Source: Chiloscyllium plagiosum
Taxonomy: Eukaryota
Direction of reading: 5' to 3'
DNA: 64,000 bases
Assembly (NCBI RefSeq): GCF_004010195.1
Contig: NC_057736.1
Span: forward strand, 26,885,579-26,949,578
Shown here: positions 25,638 through 35,835 of the stretch, in pieces
Layout: each line of letters starts with the position of its first letter
How positions within the stretch are numbered: the stretch's first letter is position 1
Notes under the pieces: model-generated
Databases searched by the model: none
Seen by the model: only the letters and a program-made list of their open reading frames with translations
What the model was told of the DNA's origin: nothing
Translations under genes and position numbers: made by a program

Positions 25638-26824
25638 CTGTTTAAACTGCTGACAGCGTGTTTAGCTTGGTTTCTGGCATCATTCTGATCCTCACCACCA
25701 GCAACATATAAAAAGCCATCCATCACAACTACACATTGATTGAAGCTTTTGGCCGGCATTTCCGCAAGTTTGTTCCATCCATTTTCAGGATCTCTGTATA
25801 AAATATCTCTACTCAAAGCCTTCTCAGTCAAAGCTGGTCGACCACCTACGGTTAGCAGAACCTTCTGTCCTCCCCTGAGCTTTGTTCTTCTTGATTGCAT
25901 TGAGTTCTGTTGATGAGGCAGGAGGTGATAGTTCATGGCATTAACCAGGAGTCGATGGCAATCTGGATCTTGCATCATGCATGGGATAGGTTGAACATAA
26001 CTGACTAGATCATGAGCTGAAATGGTACCAAATCTTATATTACTCAACAGGTCAGCTGCATGCTTCACCCTTTTGGAATCAAACTGCAACCATTTCATAG
26101 CAATTTGAAATGCAGTGAGCTCAGAGGGCAGTTGCAGGCTGTCATCCATCAACAAATCACTTATTTGGTCATATGTCAGTTTCATGAACTGATCATTTTC
26201 TGAAAACTCCAAGAAATTTTCACGGATGAATTTCTTTGCTGACTCTTTCACCTGATTTAATCCATATGTCCCAGCAATATTTGAGATGTACATACAGTTT
26301 TCCACATTAATTTCTTGGATGAGGAAGTCAGTGCACATATTGATCAAGGTACACATTTGAAACTGGGTGGCAGTGGCAATGGTGCATCCAATGGTATAAA
26401 GAGACAAGCTGAGTCTCCCTGTGTAGGCATAGGTTATCACAGTGGTCAAACCCAAAGGTGAAACATCATTAACATCAACACATTGAATTGAAGGATCTTT
26501 TTTCAACATGTTACGGAAATAATCACTACACGCAGCCATCACCACTTTATGGACATCAAAGGATTTATTTTTAGTGGATAGTGTAAGATCAGAGAACAGT
26601 CTCTCCTGGCGCATCCTGCTGATTTCCTCCAAAAGGATATTGCCATGATTAGGATTGGAGACTTCTGTGGCTGTGCATCGAAACCCATTTGATCCACTAT
26701 CATAGAGTGTGTTAAGGTGGTTCAACTGATCGATGTCAATAGTTGTGTCCTCAACAATGCTTATTTTTGGTAATTCATTCTTTTCCGTCTTGTTTTTCTT
26801 TGTGCTTTTCTTCTTTGGTGCCAT
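25638..26824 (-). CDS. KLHL31-like: Kelch-like protein 31 family (KLHL31-like, likely paralog), first coding exon: BTB, BACK and start of Kelch repeats
   Basis: MAPKKK...[29 protein letters not shown]...GGRPALTEK...[37 protein letters not shown] closely resembles KLHL31. Acceptor TTTTTAG at 26851 upstream of the ATG; donor AG|GTAACG at 25637. Confidence 0.93.
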
Positions 26825-27380
26825 TGTGTGTTTTATAGACACAACCCAATCTAAAAAGTAGAAATGTAACAATGTTCATTATTTCATATTTCTATTACCC
26901 CCAACAAAAGCTTGAAAATAACTTAGTGTAAACTAGTCTTGATTTTTTTTCTGAATTGAAATCCCTGCTAATCAAAATTAAGATTTTATTAGATATTGGA
27001 ATTACACACTTGGATACTTGCGTAGTTAAAATTTAGCTCTACAGTTCTACAAATTTCTACACATATCAAAAAGGACCACATCTTTTTGATAATGAATTCT
27101 GAAAAACATGAAGATTCATAACTTCTCTTGCAATACATTTTGTTCACCTTTCTGTTTATTGTAAAATAACTTATCAGTCAGTTTGTGTTTGGTTGCACTA
27201 TGTAGTAGTTACTCAATTGCTTTAGACAGATCAAATCAACATTTGCGTTTTGATATGCTAACAAGATGTGTAACATGGCATTATTAATATGGAGTTAGCT
27301 ATCGGCTACATTTATATTGGCCAACCAGAAGTCACCAAATGTTTAATCAAGAACAGCAAAAATATAAACACAAATTACTC

Positions 27381-27486
27381 ATCTTGATATACCACATCCT
27401 AAATATTGTATACAATCTTGATATACCACATCCTAAATATTGTATACAATCTTGACATACCACATCCTAAATATTGTATACAATCT
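27381..27486. repeat. Minisatellite, 3 x 34 bp (ATCTTGATATACCACATCCTAAATATTGTATACA)
   Basis: Three near-identical tandem units, one substitution. Confidence 0.95.
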
Positions 27487-28282
27487 GGCCATTGAGGCAG
27501 CTAGAAACAATGTTTAAGGCATAAAGTAAATCTTTGGTGTTAAATGTATGAATTGTGAGGAAAAGCGAGAAGTTTGGACTTTAGCACCTTCAAAGAAGCA
27601 ACTCTGACAATCTTTAAAAAATAGATTAGATAGAGAAGTGGTCCAGAAAATGTTGAATCTCAAATTATTTCAGTCTAAATTAATTTCAAATGCCGGGCAA
27701 AGTTTGAACAAATGATAATCACAAATTGTAATGGGAATTCTACATGAAAAAGCTGAAGTAATGTATTGGAAGTACTGAAGAAACAAAATACTGGAAGCAC
27801 TGAAGAAGCAATTGGCCGAACAATAGAAGGACCACAGGAACATTCTGCTTGGACAATATAAATGGGGTGAATGCACTTTTTGGTCTGTATCTAACTTATA
27901 AAAGTTTAGCAAAATTAATGTTAAAAAGCCGAATGTAAAATATTCCAAAATTTAAACTAAGAGTTTCAGATTTCTTCTAATCACTATTGAGAGTTTGATG
28001 TCATGGGCCTGGCAGGCCCAGCTGCTGTTTCTTCTATTAAAAGATTGCTATTTTGAGATTAACTACTCCAGCACCTGTGATCCCTCATAAGAAAGCAATT
28101 TGTGCATTTTGACTGCTACTTTTTAGGTGATACAGATTTGGAAGATTTAGGTGGGAAAATTTGTTGATGTTCTCACTTTTTATATTTGTTCACAGGACAG
28201 GGCTTTACTGACTTGGTCAGCATTTCTTGCCCATTCCTAATTTCCCTTGAGAAGGAAGTGGTGAGCTGCTTTCTTGAACTTA

Positions 28283-28636
28283 GGAGTTTATAAAATCATG
28301 AGGGGCATGGATAGGATAAATAGACAAGGTCTTTGGGGTGGGGTAGTCCAGAACTAGAGGGCATAAGTTTAGGATGAGAGGGGAAAGATGTAAAAAGGTC
28401 CTAAAGGTAATCTTTTTACACAGAGGGTAGTGCATGTATGGAATGAGCTGCCAGGGGAAGATGGTACAATTACAGCATTTAAAAGGCATCTGGACGAGTA
28501 TGTGAATAGTAAGGGTTTAGAGGGATATGGGCCAAGTGCTGATAAATGGTACTAGATTAGGTTAGGATATCTGGTCAGCATGGACGAGTTGGACCGAAGG
28601 GTCTGTTTCCATGCTGTACATCTCTATGACTCTATG
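28283..28636 (+). mobile_element. HER1/CR1 LINE 3' fragment
   Basis: AAAATCATGAGGGGCATGGATAGG...TTGGACCGAAGGGTCTGTTTCC tail. Confidence 0.85.
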
Positions 28637-29239
28637 CTCTAGTCTATGGGGGAGTAGTTACATCCAGTGCTTTCAGGAAGGGAATACCAGGGTTTTGAAC
28701 CAACAAATGTGCAGGAATGGTGTTATATTTGCAAGTCCAGGTGGTATGTGGTTTGAAGGAAAACGTACAGTGGTACTCCTAAGCTTCTGTTGCCCTCGTC
28801 CTCCTACGTAGTTGAAGTCATGTGTTTGGAAGGTGTCAGTTGAGCCTTTGTGAGTTATATCATATTGTAGAATCTCTACAGTGCAGAAAGAGGTCATTTG
28901 TTCCATCATGTCTGCACTGATCTTCTGAAGACCATCCCACCCAGACCGAGCTTCCCAGTCCTATTCCCATAACCTTGAATTTTATCATGGCTAATCCACC
29001 TAGCTTGCACATTTCTGGACACTACAGGGGAATTTAGCATTGTCAATCTACATAACCTGCACATCTTTGGAGTTGCTGTACTTTATCTGGTAGATGACAC
29101 TGCACATTGATACTGGAGCAGCAAATGTTGAATATGGTGGATGGCTGCCAATCAATTAGGATGCTTTGTCCTGGATGTGGTTGAGCTCTTGAGTACTACT
29201 GGAGCTGCATTCATCTAGTTATGTGGAGAATATTGCAGG

Positions 29240-30175
29240 AGTCTTCTGTGGCTATCCCCCTCTCCAACAAGTATGCTGTTTTGGAAAATGTAGGGGTTAA
29301 TAGATTCTCAGGGGAATGTAGCATGAACAGCCAAGTGTCTAGTATCATGACAGGCTGTAATGTAATGAGGGGCACGTTGGGTTCCAAGTGATCAATTGTG
29401 TTAGGGGACTCTCTAGTCAGAGGCACAGACAGACATTTCTGCGGCCAGCAACTGCCTCCCTGGTGCCAGGATCAAGGATGTTTCAGAAAGGGTGGAGTAT
29501 GCTCTCGAAGGGGAGAGGGACCAGCAGGAGGTCATTGTACATATTGGAACCAACAACATGGTTTCTTTTATTGGTCAGAGCATTGAGTATAGGAGTTGGG
29601 AGGTCAAGTTGCAGTTGTACATTATGTTGGTTAGGCCACTTTTGGAATTTTACGTGCAATTCTGGTCTCCTCTCTATCGGAAGGATGCTGTGAATCTTGA
29701 AAGGGTTCAGAAAATATTTACAAGGATATTGCCAGGGTTGGAGAATTTGAGGTGTAGGGTGAGGCCAAATAGGCTGGGGCTGTTTTCCCTGGAGCTTTGG
29801 AAGCTGAGGGGTGACCTTAGAGGTTTTATAAAATCATGAAGGGCATGGATAGGATAAATAGACAAAGTCTTTTCCCTGGGGTGTGGGAGGCCAGAACTAG
29901 AGGGCATTGGTTTAGGGTGATAAGGGAAAGATATAAAAGAGACCTAAGTGGCAACATTTTCACGCAGAGGGTGGTGTGTATGGAATGAGCTGCCAGAGGA
30001 AATGGTTGAGGCTGGCACAATTGCAATATTTAAAAGGGTATATGAATAGGAAGGGTTTAGAGGGATATGGGCCAAGTGCTGGCAAATGGGACTTGATTAG
30101 ATTGGGATATCTGATTGGCCTGGACAAGTTGGACCGAAGGGTCTCCTTCTGTGTTGTACATCTCTATGGCTCTCT
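29240..30175 (+). mobile_element. Internally deleted HER1/CR1 LINE (ORF1 esterase fused to ORF2 end)
   Basis: LGDSLVRG...VIVHIGTNN (SGNH esterase) joined directly to LVRPLLEFYVQFWSP and the 3' tail. Confidence 0.8.
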
Positions 30176-30219
30176 ATTCCATTACACCTCTGTCTTATGT
30201 TTTGTTGATGGTTGACAGG

Positions 30220-30438
30220 CTTTGGGGTTCAAAGTTTGGGAGAAGATTTGTAGCTCGGGTGCTCGTTGTTGTGGTTCTGTTCGCCGAGCTGGGAATTTGT
30301 GTTGCAGACGTTTTGTCCCCTGTCTAGGTGACATCCTCAGTGCTTGGGATCCTCCTGTGAAACGCTTCTGTGATGTTTCCTCCGGCATTTATAGTGATTT
30401 GTACCTGCCGCTTCCGGTTGTCAGTTCCAGCTGTCCAC
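30220..30438 (-). mobile_element. Penelope pseudo-LTR (same family as 8898-9073)
   Basis: Sequence shared with 8898-9060 and with inverted 10175-10285. Confidence 0.75.
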
Positions 30439-30605
30439 NNNNNNNNNNNNNNNNNNNNNNNNNNNNNNNNNNNNNNNNNNNNNNNNNNNNNNNNNNNNNN
30501 NNNNNNNNNNNNNNNNNNNNNNNNNNNNNNNNNNNNNNNNNNNNNNNNNNNNNNNNNNNNNNNNNNNNNNNNNNNNNNNNNNNNNNNNNNNNNNNNNNNN
30601 NNNNN
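30439..30605. other. Assembly gap (167 N)
   Basis: Run of N. Confidence 0.99.
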
Positions 30606-30609
30606 ACAA

Positions 30610-32540
30610 CAAGCTTTGGGGAATCACAAGGTGAATTATTCACTTCAGAATTCCTGGCCTCTAATCTGATGTTGTAGTCAATGCTTATATAACTGGTCCA
30701 GTTCAGTTCCTGGTCAATGATGTCCCTCAAGTTGTTGATAATGGAGGATTCCATGATGATAATGCCATTGTATGTCAGGAGAGTTGGTTAGATTCTCTTG
30801 TTTTAGAGATGTTCATTTTCTGCTACTTGTATTATTTGCCACTTATCAATCAAAGCCTCAAAATTGTCTATATCTTGCTGCTTATCAACATTGACTACTT
30901 CAATAAATGAGAACTCATGAATTATGCTGAACATTGCACAATCAGCAGCAATGATCCCCACTTCAGAACTTAAGATGGAGGAAGGTCATTTAGGAAACAG
31001 CTGAAAATGATTTTTTCAAGGACATTACCTTGAACAACACCTGGTCCAAAGCTGAGACGAATGTTCTCTAACAAACACAACCATCTTCCTTTGTGTAAGG
31101 TATGACTCCAACTAGAAGAGTTTTTTCCTGATGTCCATAGACTTCAGTTGTGTGGGGGCCCCTAGATGCTATACTCAGTTAAATGTTGTCTTTATGTCAA
31201 TAGCAGTCACTTTCATTTCAGCCCTGGACTTCAGCCCTTCATTCTTGTTTGTAGCAAGACTGTAATGAGGTCAGGAGTTGACCAGCTTTGGTGTAATGTT
31301 ATTTACTAAATGCCACTTGAAAGCACTAGTTGTAACCCTTTCCATTGCTTTTCTGATGATCAACAGTAGGCTGGTGTGCCAGTAATTCGCTGGCTTGGAT
31401 TTGTCCTGTTTTTTGGTCACAAGAAGTACCTGAGGAATTTTTTTCTGTTGTCAAGTGGGTGCTGGTGTTGTAACAGTACTGGGCCATGGATAATTCTAGT
31501 GCACTAATCTTCAGTACTATTGCTGGCATATTGTTAGACTGCATGGACTTTGAAGTACCAAATACCATGAACCCCAATTTGATACCATGTGAAGTGAATC
31601 GAATTGGCTGAAGACTGGCATCTGTGATGCTGGGAATCTCTATGAAGCCAACTTGGATCATTGCTCAGCAGGTCTAGCAGCATCTGTGAAGAAAAATCAA
31701 AGTTAATGTTTTGGGTCTGGTGATCCTTCCTCAGAATCCCGGAGCCGAATATTAACTTTGATTTCTCTGCACGAATGCTGCCAGACCTGCTGAGCTTTTC
31801 CAGCAACTTCTGTTTTTATTTCTGATTAACAGCATCCGCAGTTCTTTTGGTTTTGACTTGGATCATTACTGGGCTCCTCTTCTAGAAGATGGTCGCAAAT
31901 GCTTCTGTATTGTTCTGGACCCCCCCCCCCCCCCATCATCAAAAACAAGCATAATTCTGGAGCCTTCTCCTCTTAGTTAGCTGCTTAATTGTCCACCACC
32001 AGTCATGGATGGATGTGACAGGACTGCAGAGTTTGGAGCTGATCCATGCTCAGTCTATCACGCTACTTATCATGCTTGACATGTAAGTAGTCCAGTTTTG
32101 TAGCTTCACATGATTCATACCCCATTTTTTGATATCCATGGTGCTGCTCCTGGCTTGTTCTCTTGCACTCTATATTGAAATACAGATTTTCCCCCGCCCC
32201 CAGTAATAGTAAAGGGTGGATATGCCAGACAATGAGGTTGCAGAGGAGAGTTAAATACAATTCTGCTTGTGCTCATGGCTGAAAGCATCTCATGCATGCT
32301 TAGTTTTCAGTTCTAAATCTGTTCAAAATCTATCTCATTTAGTGCAGTGATCACTGCCACACAACAGAGTCAAGGGTATTCTCCATGTAAAGGTGGGTCA
32401 TCATTGCCACAGGCTGTGTGGTGGTCACTCCTATCAACATTATCATGGACATATGCGTCAGTGACAAGTACACTGGTGAGGATAGTACCATGGCAGTCTA
32501 GGTGATGGATGGTGAAGACCCCCATCCACAGTACACTCTG
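30610..32540 (-). mobile_element. Degenerate CR1/L2-like LINE (same family as 62885-64000), with a short fold-back insertion at 31663-31855
   Basis: Shares sequence with 63480-63960; the insertion has exact TSD ACTTGGATCATT at 31651-31662 and 31856-31867. Confidence 0.7.
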
Positions 32541-32917
32541 TACTATTACGTTCTACTTGATTGACAAGATTTTTGACTTGGAAGAATTTTCTTCATTGAC
32601 AACTTTTTAAAGTAAATTAACTTTAAGAACAAAGACTATGCACCATCTACATGATTTCAAGTTTATAACTTATTTTATGTTAGCTCACTAAAATCCTTAA
32701 TTTGAATGTAGTTTGCCAAAATGTTAGAGAGCAGAGAAATTATTGATGATAGCCATAGACTAGCAAAATGCCTAAATTTTCAGTCAGCAGTGAAAATGCA
32801 GTGCTCACCCCTGACCTCTATGAATGCTGCCCATGAAAATCTAGTGATCTAACTGTTGCATTCAACCAGAATTGAAGATGGCAAAATTGCAATACAAAGG
32901 AAACTATTGATACTTAC

Positions 32918-33120
32918 ATTTGACTGCTGTGTTCTGCTGTGTACCTAGGTGACTGGCTGAACTGTGAACCTTTGTACATTTTGCTTTGCTTGATTAGAAA
33001 TGGCTTTTGTCTGCAAAGTTCTGTGGTAACCCAAACCAAGTTGACGAGCCATCTTTCACAAGGTTCAAATTATTTACAATTAGATTCCCATTTGCAGGTG
33101 TTTCTCCATTGGAATGCCCG
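32918..33120 (-). promoter_or_regulatory. Candidate non-coding exon 1 and muscle-type promoter of the KLHL31-like gene
   Basis: Strong minus-strand donor AAT|GTAAGTA at 32917. Upstream: TAAATA (33071-33076), two adjacent E-boxes (33089-33100) and M-CAT/TEAD GGAATG (33111-33116). The coding exon begins with an acceptor, so a non-coding first exon must exist. Confidence 0.45.
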
Positions 33121-35234
33121 AAAGGATCAACTCCTCCTTTGCCCCCTCTGATTTTCAACCCTTCCTCATTTTAGCAATATAGTTAATGTATATGAATATT
33201 GAAGCCAAAGGATGATCTTGTTATTGCAACAATGTTAGAATGACTAATGCGGTGGGCAAAATCAAGAGCAACAGTAACTCACCAATGCTTCTACAAATGC
33301 ACATTCCAAACCCCAAACTCTATCACCAAGAGGGATAAAGGGCAGCAGATATATATGGGAACACCAGCAACTACAAGTTCCTGTCCAAGTCACGTACCAT
33401 CCTGGCTTGGAATAATACTGTGGGTTATTTACTGTAGTTAAGTCAAAACCGTGGTATTCCAATTCTAACAATATTGCATGTCTCCCGACACCCCAAAGAT
33501 TCCAGCAGTTCAAAAAATGCAGAGCTGGCAATAAATGTTGGCCTTGCTCATAATTTCGCTTTGAAATATATTAGGAAGTGTTACAGAAAATGTTTAATCT
33601 TGAACATTATTTCAATTTAAATCAACTCGAAAATGTCGAGAACATTCACACAAACAATAATTACAAACTGTACTGGAATTCTAGTTGAAACAGTAGAAAC
33701 AAAATATTGGAAATACTGAATAGACCATAGAAACCTTCTGCTTAGATGGCAGAAATAGTATTCACTTTCTGGTCTGTTATTTATTTGTAATTAATTAACA
33801 AAACTACTGTTAAAAAGACAATTATAAATTATTCCAACATTTATAGTAGATAAATCCTATATCCCATGGACGACTCGAAAAAAGCGATCCCTAAGCCTGA
33901 AATGCAGTATCTCTTCAAGCGATCTCTAAGCCTGATCCCCCCTCCAGTTTTCCAAAATCCGCAATATTTTGTTTTTATTTAACAAGTTGGAGGTTGGTGA
34001 AAAGTTACATTCACACTACACTGTACCCAAAGCAGAGCTTTTTAAAGTCTTATGTCGGAAATGTTTCTATATTAAAGATCGCTCCACTTCATCATCCTAA
34101 ACGTGTTTGAACTTTGAACTTGCTCTCAATCACATCTGTTCGCAAGGTTAGCTATGCACATATATCACCCTGGTTTCTGAATCTGCGAGATCCCCTCAAA
34201 GACAGATCTATTTTTGAGGTTGGAAACCCAAAATTCAACCTTGGCGAGTTAGCCAAATCTCTAAAACGTGCTACAGGTGATTGGAGAGCGGAATTAACCC
34301 TAGCGAGTTAATGTAGAATTAAAAAGTGTATAGTAATGAAGACCTGATTTGAGTGAGAGCAGTTGAAAATTTCTCCCGGGAGAAAAGACGCTAGCATAGT
34401 GCCATGACAGACCACCAGAACCATATGATGTATATTATTCCAGCTCACAGGTTGGTTAACAAAATACCCCATAAGAACTCAGTGGAAAAGTGGAAGTTAA
34501 GATTTGCTTTTGTGTTGTTTTTAAAGGATGCTACCTTACAGGTTTTTGAGAATGGCCGGATCTTTATAAAGCTGACCACGCTGGTTTTCTTTGGGTCCTG
34601 ATTAAAATAGAAGAGTAAAAATACCAAGAGGGCGCATTTCATTCCAACCAACCCTATAAATATTCACATGTCGTCAAGCGAAATGCGCGAATATGGAAGG
34701 AACCGCAGGGGGACAGCTACCAAAGCAGCCCCTTCCTAGGAAATGCACCGAGTTCCACTCTGAGGTCGGAGCGGTTTCCATGTTTAGTTCGAGTTTTTTA
34801 AAAAAAACACCAGCCGAAACCTTAAACGCATTTCAATCATTTTAAAAATAAATAACAAAAGACAAATATTCACAAAGTCTTGCTAGTACGTTAATAAAAG
34901 CCGGTGTTTCATTTATATTTGTCGCTCGGTTTAGTATTGTACTGCATTTTAAACTGGTACGTGTATGTCATAGACAGTCGTGTGAATCAAGCGTCAGGTG
35001 TCCTGGGATCTGTCGATCTATGATGTGGATATTTCTAATCAACCTGTTCAAAGATGTTATTACACCGGTGCGGGAGGACCTAAGCCTGGGCTTGCTGACT
35101 CAGAGGTAGAGACACTACCACTGCACTACAAGAGTTTACTTTCGGGACATCCACATTCACAACAGGTGGCTCAAGGAGTCGAATGGAAAATGACTGGGAC
35201 CTAAAGGGAAATAAAATACTACCTCAGAAAAAAA

Positions 35235-35835
35235 ACCCGAAAAAACTGCAGATGCTGAAAGTCGGACACAAAAACAGTTATTGCTGGAAAAGCTCAGCAG
35301 GTCTGGCAGCATCTGCGGAAAGTAATTAGTTACCGTTTTGGGTCCAGTGACCCTCAGCTCGGAATACGTCTCATTCTCGGCGAGAACCACATACTATAGC
35401 TTGCTCTCTGATGAATGTGACAATGGAAAATTCCACTTTTCCCTTGAAAAGATTGTTTTTACCCCCGCGCCCTAATCTGCACTTCAGGAATCTCAGCACT
35501 TCAACACAGAGAGACATCAGCCCAGTGCGTGCAAGCTGCATTAATCCCGACCTGAACAAAACAGGCTGTTATGAGCCAGGGAAATGTCATATTTCCACAA
35601 CTTCTAAAAAAAAGTTGGAACAGACACTGAATGCTGGAGGAACTCAGCGGGTCAGGCAGCATCTATAGGGAGAGAAATTGACTTAACATTTCGATTCTCG
35701 TCCAGAATTGTTCAGAACAGGTATCATTTTGCACACGTTAATGGTGTCTCTCTACCAAGATGCTGCCTGACCTGCTGAGATTTTCCAGCAATTTCTGTGT
35801 TTGATTCCGATTTCCAGCATCTGGAGTATTTTGCT
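35235..35835. mobile_element. Two short Penelope-related elements (about 35235-35365 and 35620-35835)
   Basis: CTCAGCAGGTCTGGCAGCATC / GATGCTGCCTGACCTGCTGAG family arms. Confidence 0.65.

Noticed and set aside
26825-26872. ORF-track N-terminal extension [16 protein letters not shown] of the KLHL gene
   Set aside because: It crosses the splice acceptor at 26851; the family start is MAPKKK
27381-27486. 34-bp repeats as a CRISPR-like array
   Set aside because: No spacers, vertebrate context, simple tandem repeat
34290-34310. TAACCCTA resembling a telomerase RNA template
   Set aside because: No pseudoknot, CR4/5 or H/ACA features recognisable nearby
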